Source: a virus
Virus record (IMG/VR): IMGVR_UViG_3300045988_022071
Reading direction: 5' to 3' (one strand)
DNA: 17,781 nucleotides
Under the pieces are notes generated by a model that worked only from the letters and a program-made list of their open reading frames with translations, was not told the origin of the DNA and searched no databases. Shown here piece by piece: positions 1-6,941 of the stretch (position 1 is the stretch's first letter; every line of letters starts with the position of its first letter). A program made the translations under genes and the position numbers.

Positions 1-142
1 TTTGCTTCTTTGTCTTGTTGTTTTCTGTTTTGTTTTCGTCTTTTTTATTGCTGGTTTTTTGTGTTGTTTTGTCTCGTGTTTTGGGCGCGTGGTTTTTTTG
101 TTTTTTTGTTGTCTTGGCGTGTCGTGTTTTTGGTTGTGCTAT
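1..142. repeat. Left inverted terminal repeat (ITR) of a linear genome
   Basis: The reverse complement of 17639-17781 matches 1-142 base for base, apart from one homopolymer indel (T7 at 93-99 versus the complement of A8 at 17682-17689). Identity ends after '...ggttgtgctat' (left pos 142). The repeat lies exactly at both window ends. Confidence 0.95.
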
Positions 143-215
143 TGTTTGGATTTTGTCCGAGGGATGTGAGGAGGGATTGTGTTTGAGGGTGCCGTGCTTG
201 ATGGTCTTATTGTTC

Positions 216-246
216 AATAAAAAAAGCCCCGCAATCTGCAGGGCTT
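216..246 (-). terminator. Rho-independent terminator closing the minus-strand transcription unit
   Basis: The minus-strand RNA reads AAGCCCUGC-AGAUU-GCGGGGCUU followed by UUUUUAUU. This is a roughly 9-bp GC-rich stem (224-232 / 238-246, one G.U pair) plus a U-tract, 16 nt after the endolysin stop (262-264). Confidence 0.8.
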
Positions 247-261
247 GTTCATGTTATGGTA

Positions 262-1053
262 TCACTCTACTGTGATGGTGAGCGAGTCTAGCTTTTCTTT
301 TATGGCTTTCTCTACGATTGCCGCGATTCTGTCGGGGTCTGCTCCTTGGTTTGCGGCGAGGGCTTTTACGGCTTCGGTGAGTGCGGTGATTTGCATGTCC
401 ATGATGTGCGTGTGCGCGTCGATATATCCAAGCCTATCTCCGAGTTTCGCGGTGGTGCCGTTGTATTTCACGGGCTGTTCGGTAATCAACTGGCCCATGT
501 TTGATGCGTGGGTCTTGTCGTCCCACTTGCTAAGGCGGTGAATTTCGTTGTTCGCGCCGTTTGCCGCTGTGTCGATGCCTTGCATGCGGTCGCGCATTTT
601 GACGCCGTTCTGATTGAAATTCCATACGGCTTCGGCGATGTCACTTGCGGTTGCCATGTCGTCATCTCCTAATTCTGGTATTGGTTGGTTTTCTATGTCG
701 CCGCTCCATCCGAGCGGCACGTATCCGTATTGGCGTATCCATTTGGATATGCTGTCTTCGTGTGGATGCCCGATGCTGCTATCGGTGGTGTACATCGTAT
801 CGCCTTCGAGGTGTAACGCGATGTGTCCGTAGGGATTGCCGGGTTGTGAGAAGTAGATGGGCGCGCCGTATGGTGCGGACGCTAAATCGCTTGTGGGATG
901 CGGTTCACTGCATCCGTTCCATGCGGCTATTGCGCTAGCGTATCGTGGTTCGGCCCCATAGGCGTCTTGGACGTGCGCTAGGCAGTATCCATTATAGCCT
1001 GTGTTGAGGACCGACCGTGCGTGCTCAACGGCTGCCGGTGGTGTTCGTATCAT
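262..1053 (-). CDS. Endolysin: N-terminal CHAP/NlpC-P60-type cysteine peptidase or amidase, plus a C-terminal non-catalytic domain
   Basis: 263 aa. A candidate catalytic Cys lies in 'NGYCLAHVQDAYG' and a His in 'NPYGHIALHLEGD'. The gene is last in the late operon, directly after the holin. RBS AAGGAGG sits 9 nt upstream of the ATG. The C-terminal half ('DIAEAVWNF...', 'DPDRIAAIVEKAIKEKL') resembles motifs I recall from actinophage lysin and tail proteins. Confidence 0.75.
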   Translation of the reverse strand: MIRTPPAAVEHARSVLNTGYNGYCLAHVQDAYGAEPRYASAIAAWNGCSEPHPTSDLASAPYGAPIYFSQPGNPYGHIALHLEGDTMYTTDSSIGHPHEDSISKWIRQYGYVPLGWSGDIENQPIPELGDDDMATASDIAEAVWNFNQNGVKMRDRMQGIDTAANGANNEIHRLSKWDDKTHASNMGQLITEQPVKYNGTTAKLGDRLGYIDAHTHIMDMQITALTEAVKALAANQGADPDRIAAIVEKAIKEKLDSLTITVE

Positions 1054-1408
1054 CGTTGTTTTCCTCCTTATTATAATCGGTGAAGACTTTCATGAATTCC
1101 GCTTGCGACAGCTGGGGATTGATTTTGCCGATGTTTTCGACTATGCTGGACAGCTCGATGAGAGCGATGCCTATGGTGACTATTGGGGTCAGTGCGCTGT
1201 GAAAACCGATGTCTATGTGCTTCATTTCGAAGTCAATGAACCATGCGATGAAGAACACGCAAAGATAGGCGAATTTATGGCCAAGACCCTCCCGCATTTT
1301 CGTGCTGGATAGATTGCCGTGCATTATGGCGCCGATGATTCCGGTAATGTAGTCTGTAATGGTGAACACGAGTACGGCTAGAATTTCGTAAAATAAAGTT
1401 TCCGTCAT
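1025..1408 (-). CDS. Holin (Phage_holin_4_1 / toxin-secretion-lysis holin family)
   Basis: 127 aa with several hydrophobic helices. Family-typical motifs are 'TDYITGIIGAIMHGNLSS.K...G..HK' and 'ELSSIVENIGKI'. The C-terminus is charged. RBS is GAGGAA. It overlaps the endolysin start by 29 nt. Confidence 0.8.
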   Translation of the reverse strand: MTETLFYEILAVLVFTITDYITGIIGAIMHGNLSSTKMREGLGHKFAYLCVFFIAWFIDFEMKHIDIGFHSALTPIVTIGIALIELSSIVENIGKINPQLSQAEFMKVFTDYNKEENNDDTNTTGSR

Positions 1409-1415
1409 CGTTTCC

Positions 1416-2558
1416 TCACTTTCTTATGCCTGACTGTTGTAACAAGCCGCCAAGAATCATACTGAATTCCGCCTTGATTTGCGGTGTCTCAAACCGTAGC
1501 CGGCCTACGCGATAAGCGTTTAATATCTTTTGCGTCATATCATCCGAACGTTTGAGCATAATGCAATCACTGTCGACCAGCCGATAATCGAACGTAAAGT
1601 CGCGGGTGATTTTCGGCTGTTTCTTTGTAATGATATACAATACCTCATCGGCATCGCTTAATTGTTGATATACGTTGAAAATACCGTATTCGGTGGTTCT
1701 CAGCGTGAACGCATAACCGGCGTTATTGAAGTCACTGATGAGGGTATTGGCGTTATCCATAAAATCATTGTCGATTGCATAGTTCGCATAGTTCTCGTCA
1801 TAGTTGCGTAGGAACGTACCGAATTTCGATGTGGCGACCTTGGCGCTGAATCCGCCGTAATCCGCCAATTCGACCATGATGAATCCGTCACAATAGCGCT
1901 GGTATTGCGTGTGGTTGTCAAGTTGTGGCTTGAGGTTGATATTGAAGGCGCTGAAATATGGGTTGGCGAGGGTTACGGCGTTGCTGCACATGATGACCCT
2001 CACGCGGTCGTTCCACCTGTCGACGGTATTATAGAATTCTTCAAGCGCCGTGACCTCGCCGCCGAGATAACGCATGTTATCGGGGAATATCTCATCGAAG
2101 ATAATGGTCCGTACCTTGGGGTAGGCGACCGACTTGACCTGACCGGCCTGACTGAGGGCGATGAAATACCCCATGATGTGCCATGTCGGGCGTGTCTTTC
2201 CGTGCTTGTCGGTGGTGGCATCCCTATCGTCCAGCCAGTGGCATTCCGCCTGATTGCCGGACACCCTGAACTCCAAATCCGGGTATTGTTCCGCGATGTC
2301 CGCAAACCACGTGCCTTTGTTCTTCTGTTCCTCCGCGGTGCGTCGCAGATAGATGAATTGCCAGCGTTTTTTAATCCAGTCACCGATGACCAGTTTCTTG
2401 GCGCCATAGGTCTTGCCGAGACCGCGGGCACCGATGACGAACATCCATGGCGCGTGATATGATAGCACGTGTCCATAGTCGTAGTAATCGCCTTCGTCTA
2501 ACAGTCTTTCCATGTTATCTATGATACCATATGACATCGACGACTGGTGGGCATCCAC
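1416..2558 (-). CDS. DNA encapsidation (packaging) ATPase, phi29 gp16-like
   Basis: 380 aa. Walker A is 'VIGARGLGKTYG' and Walker B is 'TIIFDEIF'. There is long colinear similarity to remembered phi29 gp16 ('LSY....FVIGARGIGKSY', 'QFIY.RR', 'CLSNAV...NPYF.FFN'). The start is uncertain: GTG at 2558 or ATG at 2537. Confidence 0.9.
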   Translation of the reverse strand: MDAHQSSMSYGIIDNMERLLDEGDYYDYGHVLSYHAPWMFVIGARGLGKTYGAKKLVIGDWIKKRWQFIYLRRTAEEQKNKGTWFADIAEQYPDLEFRVSGNQAECHWLDDRDATTDKHGKTRPTWHIMGYFIALSQAGQVKSVAYPKVRTIIFDEIFPDNMRYLGGEVTALEEFYNTVDRWNDRVRVIMCSNAVTLANPYFSAFNINLKPQLDNHTQYQRYCDGFIMVELADYGGFSAKVATSKFGTFLRNYDENYANYAIDNDFMDNANTLISDFNNAGYAFTLRTTEYGIFNVYQQLSDADEVLYIITKKQPKITRDFTFDYRLVDSDCIMLKRSDDMTQKILNAYRVGRLRFETPQIKAEFSMILGGLLQQSGIRK

Positions 2559-2573
2559 CGGCCTATCATCGCA

Positions 2574-3845
2574 CTAGCCGGCGATGTATCTGCGTATCTC
2601 CCATCGGCTCGCCATATTCATCTCACCGGACGCGGCGAACAGATTCGGGCCATTCCCCGGCCCCCCATGCGATAATGTTTCGTCCTTGCCGTCACCGGTG
2701 AACATTTCCACATGGTCCCATGACTGCGTGTATGCCCCCCAGTCCAGCAACAGCAAATCGGCGGCGTGTGCCATGCGGATGGCGTCGGATACGCTTGTGT
2801 CAGAGCTACCGCATACGCGCGTACCCTTGCCTGCCATCTGCCCCGTCCATGTACCCACGTCGAGACCCAACACATCCTGATATGCACGCCAACAGACCGA
2901 ACTGCAATCGCCATACCCGCTTGAATCCGGGTCCAACCGTCCTGCCCCCTGCGAGTAAGCGTATTTGCCGATTCGTGAACTCAACCATTCCACAACCCTC
3001 GCCGCATCCTTGCTACCGCTGCCCGAGCCTGAGCCGCCGCCAGTCTGTCCACCGCCCGGCTTAGTGGATTCGGAAGTCTTATATACCCATGTCTGCGCGG
3101 AGCTTTTCATGAAGACGGAAACGGCACTCCCGCTGTAAAGGATAAGGTTGTCGCCTTGCAATTGTATCCATGCGGTGCTGCCGGGCTTTCCGTCGATACC
3201 GGGTCGGTCGCCTCCGGGCGTGTCGGACGGTTCGGAGGTTTGGCCGAAGTCGGGCGGCGCGGAAGTGCCATCCCATGCGTTCAGGAGGTTATATGCGGTG
3301 GTGTACCGATTGCGGTATTGCCCCAGCACGCCGTCCGCCAAGATTGTCGTGTAAATCAGCTCAAGCGTGGCGGTGGCCGAGCATGACGCGAGTACGCGCT
3401 GCGCCTGTGCGGGCGACTGGTGGTAAGCGCACGCCCACATGATACGCTCTTTGACATTATCGGACGGGAACCCGAAATTGGTCATGGTTGACTGGTACCC
3501 GTCCCAATCCGCCTCCCATTGCGCCTCTTGAAAAGCGTGGTTTTCGTCGCGCTGCGCCCACGTCTTCCACGCATTGCCTTCGGCGGTGGATAGGTAGCGC
3601 GATGTCCAGTTGATGGTATTGGCCTGCACTTGCTGGGCTAATGTGGGTGCTGCCGTAGCGAACGTCGTCCATCCGTCCGGGTCTGCGGTGCGTCCGCGCT
3701 CCAAAAGATTCCGGGCACGATTGCCATACCATTGCATCATGCCCATAGTGATTGCGTCAACGTAATTGCACGCGCCCCAATCGCAATTGCTTTCCACGGT
3801 GCCGATTACGTACATCGCATAATATGCCGTATTGTCCATAATCAT
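2574..3845 (-). CDS. Tail-associated peptidoglycan hydrolase, phi29 gp13-like: N-terminal lysozyme-like domain, Gly/Ser linker, C-terminal NlpC/P60 peptidase
   Basis: 423 aa. The N-terminus 'GTVESNCDWG...GMMQWYG' parallels phi29 gp13 'GNMQSES...GLVQWTP'. The linker is 'GGGQTGGGSGSGSGS'. The C-terminus has 'GYGDCSSVCWRAY' (Cys) and 'WDHVEMFTG' (His), typical of NlpC/P60. Confidence 0.8.
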   Translation of the reverse strand: MIMDNTAYYAMYVIGTVESNCDWGACNYVDAITMGMMQWYGNRARNLLERGRTADPDGWTTFATAAPTLAQQVQANTINWTSRYLSTAEGNAWKTWAQRDENHAFQEAQWEADWDGYQSTMTNFGFPSDNVKERIMWACAYHQSPAQAQRVLASCSATATLELIYTTILADGVLGQYRNRYTTAYNLLNAWDGTSAPPDFGQTSEPSDTPGGDRPGIDGKPGSTAWIQLQGDNLILYSGSAVSVFMKSSAQTWVYKTSESTKPGGGQTGGGSGSGSGSKDAARVVEWLSSRIGKYAYSQGAGRLDPDSSGYGDCSSVCWRAYQDVLGLDVGTWTGQMAGKGTRVCGSSDTSVSDAIRMAHAADLLLLDWGAYTQSWDHVEMFTGDGKDETLSHGGPGNGPNLFAASGEMNMASRWEIRRYIAG

Positions 3846-3848
3846 AGT

Positions 3849-3878
3849 ATACCCCGCCCGGTGTACCGAGCGGGGTAT
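3849..3878 (-). promoter_or_regulatory. Intercistronic GC-rich stem-loop immediately upstream of the gp13-like start codon
   Basis: ATACCCCGC (3849-3857) pairs perfectly with GCGGGGTAT (3870-3878). On the mRNA the 3' arm (GCGGGGUAU) ends 3 nt before the AUG at 3845 and contains the only SD-like G-run. Confidence 0.55.
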
Positions 3879-3896
3879 GGTTCACGTGGAACGCCG

Positions 3897-5357
3897 TCAT
3901 TCTTGGCCGATAGGGCTGAAGCTCTGGGGTGTAATCCAGCAATTGCCGGACAACGTACCGCCGCCGACGACGCCGGTTATGGCCAGATCGCCATCGTCCA
4001 AGTGGGCAAACGCCTGCTGATTGCCCGCATTGCCCAGAATCATGATGAAATTATCCCCAAGGTCGATGAACTTCGGCAGCTTCGCAATGGTACCGGTCGG
4101 ACTGGAGGCGGTGAACTTCGCAGTGAGCGTCACCACGCCGCCCGAGAAACGCCAGTGAAGCTTACCCGAACAGCCGCCGGTCATAGGCACTTCGCCGCAA
4201 AGCTCACCCGCGCTCGGCTCGCAATCGCCCGCAATGGTCGAGGCGAGAATGCCGGCGATGTAATTCGCGCCGTCCTCATTGTAATGGGGGTCGTTCTTGT
4301 TGGCGAACCAATCGGGATGGCCCATGCCGAGCGTCCACGTCCATGGATGCCATGCTAGGCCATTCGCCGCCGCCGCCGATGCGATGCCGTTCATCGCCTG
4401 AGCGTTCGCATACGGAATGCCCGCATTGTCCCAGAGGAAAATGGCGTGGGCCGAAGCGTTCGGAAAATTCCGGCTCACACGCGACCCGGTACCCAGCAGC
4501 GCGTCGAAGACGCCTAACGCCGAACTGTACGTGTCGCCGGTATCGTTCCTACCGCCGCAGACCACCACGTACTTGACCTTCTTGCGGGCGTCGACATCCA
4601 TTGCGGAAAGCGCCTCGCTAGCGAGAGTAAGGAACGTCTTGCCCCCGTCGCCCGCCTTGCCATAGCCACTGGCGTTGTTGGCGAACACATGTAGGTTGAG
4701 TCCCAGCTTCGACGCGACACGCTGGGGGATACGCTTGCTTTCGGCGAGCGCGACACCTTGCGGCTGATAGCCGGTGCTCACACTGTCGCCAATCCACACC
4801 AGCTCGGTAAGGTCGGTGGTCACGGCGGCGACGGCGTTCACTGAGGTCTGCGCGGCGGCGGCCGTCGACTTCGCCATACCGGCGTCGTCCTTCGCCGCGG
4901 TGGCGGTGGAGTTGATGCTCGCCGCCGTACCGGAATACCCGCCTAATTGCAGATAACGACCATCCGACTCGCCCTTGGTGTACACGGAGCCGGCATCCAC
5001 CTTGCCTGCGAGGGCGCTGGAATCGGCCTTGCCGTTGATGGTGGTCAGCAGATTGCGCGCCGTGACCGCGGAGGTGATGCCAAGTTCGCCGAAATAGCCG
5101 TCCAATTCGGTAATATCGGTCTTATTGGCCTGTGCAAGGCTCAAGGCGTCATCGGCTGTGGTCTTCGCCTGACCCGCCGCCGTGTTCGCATTGTTCGCCG
5201 CCGCCGTCGCCGTGGTGATATCGGTCGCGTTCCTGTACATCTGCGCATCGATTCGGCTCATATCCGCGGTGTAATCGCCACGCCATGACGGCTTGTCATC
5301 CGGGCTGTCGCCGAATTGGCTGAGATTATAATGAGGGGTTTTGTTGAGACTACTCAT
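3897..5357 (-). CDS. Tail fibre / appendage protein with central SGNH (GDSL) esterase domain
   Basis: 486 aa from the ATG at 5357, with RBS GAGGAA upstream. The track ORF extends to 5468, but that extension looks non-coding. The N-terminus 'TPHYNLSQFGDSPDDKPSW' is fibre-anchor-like. An Ala/Thr-rich segment carries 'KADSSALAGKVDAGSVYTKGESDGRYLQ' fibre repeats. SGNH block I is 'LVWIGDSVSTGY' and block III is 'VVVCGGRNDTGD'. A block V-like 'NDPHYNEDG' is present. The C-terminal ~110 aa looks beta-rich. Confidence 0.75.
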   Translation of the reverse strand: MSSLNKTPHYNLSQFGDSPDDKPSWRGDYTADMSRIDAQMYRNATDITTATAAANNANTAAGQAKTTADDALSLAQANKTDITELDGYFGELGITSAVTARNLLTTINGKADSSALAGKVDAGSVYTKGESDGRYLQLGGYSGTAASINSTATAAKDDAGMAKSTAAAAQTSVNAVAAVTTDLTELVWIGDSVSTGYQPQGVALAESKRIPQRVASKLGLNLHVFANNASGYGKAGDGGKTFLTLASEALSAMDVDARKKVKYVVVCGGRNDTGDTYSSALGVFDALLGTGSRVSRNFPNASAHAIFLWDNAGIPYANAQAMNGIASAAAANGLAWHPWTWTLGMGHPDWFANKNDPHYNEDGANYIAGILASTIAGDCEPSAGELCGEVPMTGGCSGKLHWRFSGGVVTLTAKFTASSPTGTIAKLPKFIDLGDNFIMILGNAGNQQAFAHLDDGDLAITGVVGGGTLSGNCWITPQSFSPIGQE

Positions 5358-5511
5358 GGTGAGGTTCCTCGCTTTCAATACTACGGGCGGGCATGTCCAC
5401 CCGGACACTATTATAATCATCGGAAGTGGGCGCGTCCAATTGCGTGGCGGTAAGACCCGTTTCCTCATACTGGCTCAATCCGTAATGTTGAGTATGTTTG
5501 GAAGCCGTCAT
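5350..5511 (-). CDS. Small ORF (53 aa) carrying a second copy of the fibre N-terminal motif
   Basis: Hand translation gives MTASKHTQHYGLSQYEETGLTATQLDAPTSDDYNSVRVDMPARSIESEEPHHE. It is below the track's size cut-off. There is an ATGA start/stop overlap with the upstream frame, and its stop overlaps the fibre ATG. 'TQHYGLSQY' parallels 'TPHYNLSQF' of the fibre. Confidence 0.4.
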   Translation of the reverse strand: MTASKHTQHYGLSQYEETGLTATQLDAPTSDDYNSVRVDMPARSIESEEPHHE

Positions 5512-5609
5512 GGTCGCACCTCGCCGTTCGCGAAGTTCGACACGGTCGGATTACGTTGGACGTAAGTGGCGTTCGCATCGAACTTGGTCAAGTAAATGTC
5601 AGCCGGTTC
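5508..5609 (-). CDS. Coding-looking segment (33 codons) with no start of its own; probable C-terminal extension of the upstream 179-aa gene
   Basis: 'EPADIYLTKFDANATYVQRNPTVSNFANGEVRP' has GC-rich third positions and a fibre-like 'YLTKFDANATY' motif. There is no in-frame ATG or GTG after the upstream stop. Removing one G from the G4 run at 5611-5614 fuses it in frame with 5608-6147. Confidence 0.4.
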   Translation of the reverse strand, partial: EPADIYLTKFDANATYVQRNPTVSNFANGEVRP

Positions 5610-6147
5610 ACCCCTCGGGAATGCTCTTGCCGTAGGGGAATTGGGACCGTCCCGGAAAATCCCCGGGTACGCAATTGTCGACGGCGGTGGCGCGGAGGTC
5701 ATATTCGCGGGCGCTCAATTCCAAAGCGTCATACGTGGATGCTTCCAATTCCATATCATCATAATCGGACCAGAACAACGCATGATCGCGAACATTATCA
5801 TACATGCCGTCAAGTACCGTCTGCAAAGCATCCTGCCTACCATACGCCGGCGACCACGCCAGCCCGGATGCCTGCGATTGCCCGATAAGCCGGATAAGCT
5901 CCTCACGGAGTATGGCCATCTGGCTGGTCAGATTGTCGGCGAGTTGCCGGATGGCGGCGTCATTGTCCGCAACCGACTGGTTCACCTGTTCGACCAGCGT
6001 ATTAAAATCGGACTGCAAACCGTCGAGATTGCACCGGATGCATTCGATTAGCTGCAACGTGGTCGCCCCGTCACGGTAGGTGAACGGCACCGACGTCGGG
6101 ATGCGCACCAGCGGATAGGCGCGCGGAACAAGGGCATTAACTGACAT
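5608..6147 (-). CDS. Structural protein of unknown function (coiled-coil), sited between lower collar and fibre genes
   Basis: 179 aa from the ATG at 6147, with RBS GGGAG 5 nt upstream. The track start at 6159 overlaps the upstream stop. A predicted coiled-coil covers 'LDGLQSDFNTLVEQVNQSVADNDAAIRQLADNLTSQMAILREELIRLIG'. Its position suggests a tail or fibre accessory role. Confidence 0.6.
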   Translation of the reverse strand: MSVNALVPRAYPLVRIPTSVPFTYRDGATTLQLIECIRCNLDGLQSDFNTLVEQVNQSVADNDAAIRQLADNLTSQMAILREELIRLIGQSQASGLAWSPAYGRQDALQTVLDGMYDNVRDHALFWSDYDDMELEASTYDALELSAREYDLRATAVDNCVPGDFPGRSQFPYGKSIPEG

Positions 6148-6149
6148 TT

Positions 6150-6941
6150 TTACTCCCATTCTCCATAGTTATGGTAGTTACTGAAAATGGTATCATACGA
6201 GCCCCACACCTGCATGAAGCACGGTTCAAGGCTCCTGATGACTTCCATGTCCACATTGATGACCGCCTGCCGGTATTCCTGAATCAGGCTCATGGCCGAC
6301 TGGCTACGCCCCGTCACATGACTCAAACCCTTGGAATTGCTCGAATCATGCTGAAAATCAGTGGCACTCTGAGCGGTGGTGTGACTGGTCGAATCCTGCG
6401 AGCTGGACGCGGTGCCCAAACTGTCCGCCTGCGACTCGTTCGCATGGGAGGCGTAGCGCGAAAAATCGCCTACAACGCCGGTCTGCGGCACGTCGCTGTC
6501 GAAGCTCCTAGACGTGGTGGTGCTGCTGTTATCCGACTTACTGGTGCTGTTGCTGGTCGAATCCTGCATACTGGACGCCTTGCCGGATGACTGGGATTCG
6601 CTGCCGTTCTCACTGTCCGTGGTCATGTCCATGGAATCCAACGGATTGTATTCCAGGTCCAGCGTCCTGTAGCGTTCGTTGAAATAGGGCATAATCTCCG
6701 CCATCGTCATGCCCAGATAGAAGACGAACTGCTGCGCGGTCTCCTGTCCAATCTCCCGCAGTGCGTAATGGCGGACTATCTTCTCATTCAATTCCGCGCG
6801 GTGAGATTCGTCGTAAATCGGGTAATAGTCAGCGGACAAGTGCAGCTTGGCGTCCGTGTCATACCCCATGGCGACGAGATTGCCAAGGGTCTCGGTGTAC
6901 TCACCGGGCGTCTCCATCGCATAGGCACTAAAATCCTGCAT
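6150..6941 (-). CDS. Lower collar protein, phi29 gp11-like
   Basis: 263 aa. It lies immediately downstream of the connector gene, as in phi29. The N-terminal motifs 'RHYALREIGQETAQQFVFYL' and 'MAEIMPYFNERY' match lower-collar proteins of small podophages as I remember them. The central region is S/T/D/Q-rich and low-complexity. The start uses a TGATG overlap with the portal stop, with RBS GGAGG upstream. Confidence 0.65.
   Translation of the reverse strand: MQDFSAYAMETPGEYTETLGNLVAMGYDTDAKLHLSADYYPIYDESHRAELNEKIVRHYALREIGQETAQQFVFYLGMTMAEIMPYFNERYRTLDLEYNPLDSMDMTTDSENGSESQSSGKASSMQDSTSNSTSKSDNSSTTTSRSFDSDVPQTGVVGDFSRYASHANESQADSLGTASSSQDSTSHTTAQSATDFQHDSSNSKGLSHVTGRSQSAMSLIQEYRQAVINVDMEVIRSLEPCFMQVWGSYDTIFSNYHNYGEWE

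Noticed and set aside
15-275. 86-aa + strand ORF at the left end, and the mirrored N-terminal extension of ORF 17244-17780 at the right end
   Set aside because: Both are translations of the T-rich ITR and give F/L/V/C-rich peptides. They are mirror images of the same repeat and have no RBS. The right-end gene has a proper RBS and ATG at 17600.
5358-5468. Upstream extension of the fibre ORF (523-aa version starting at 5468)
   Set aside because: The extension ('MRKRVLPPRNWTRPLPMIIIVSGW...') lacks an RBS and overlaps the better-supported 53-aa ORF. The internal ATG at 5357 has a GAGGAA RBS and starts with a typical fibre N-terminus.
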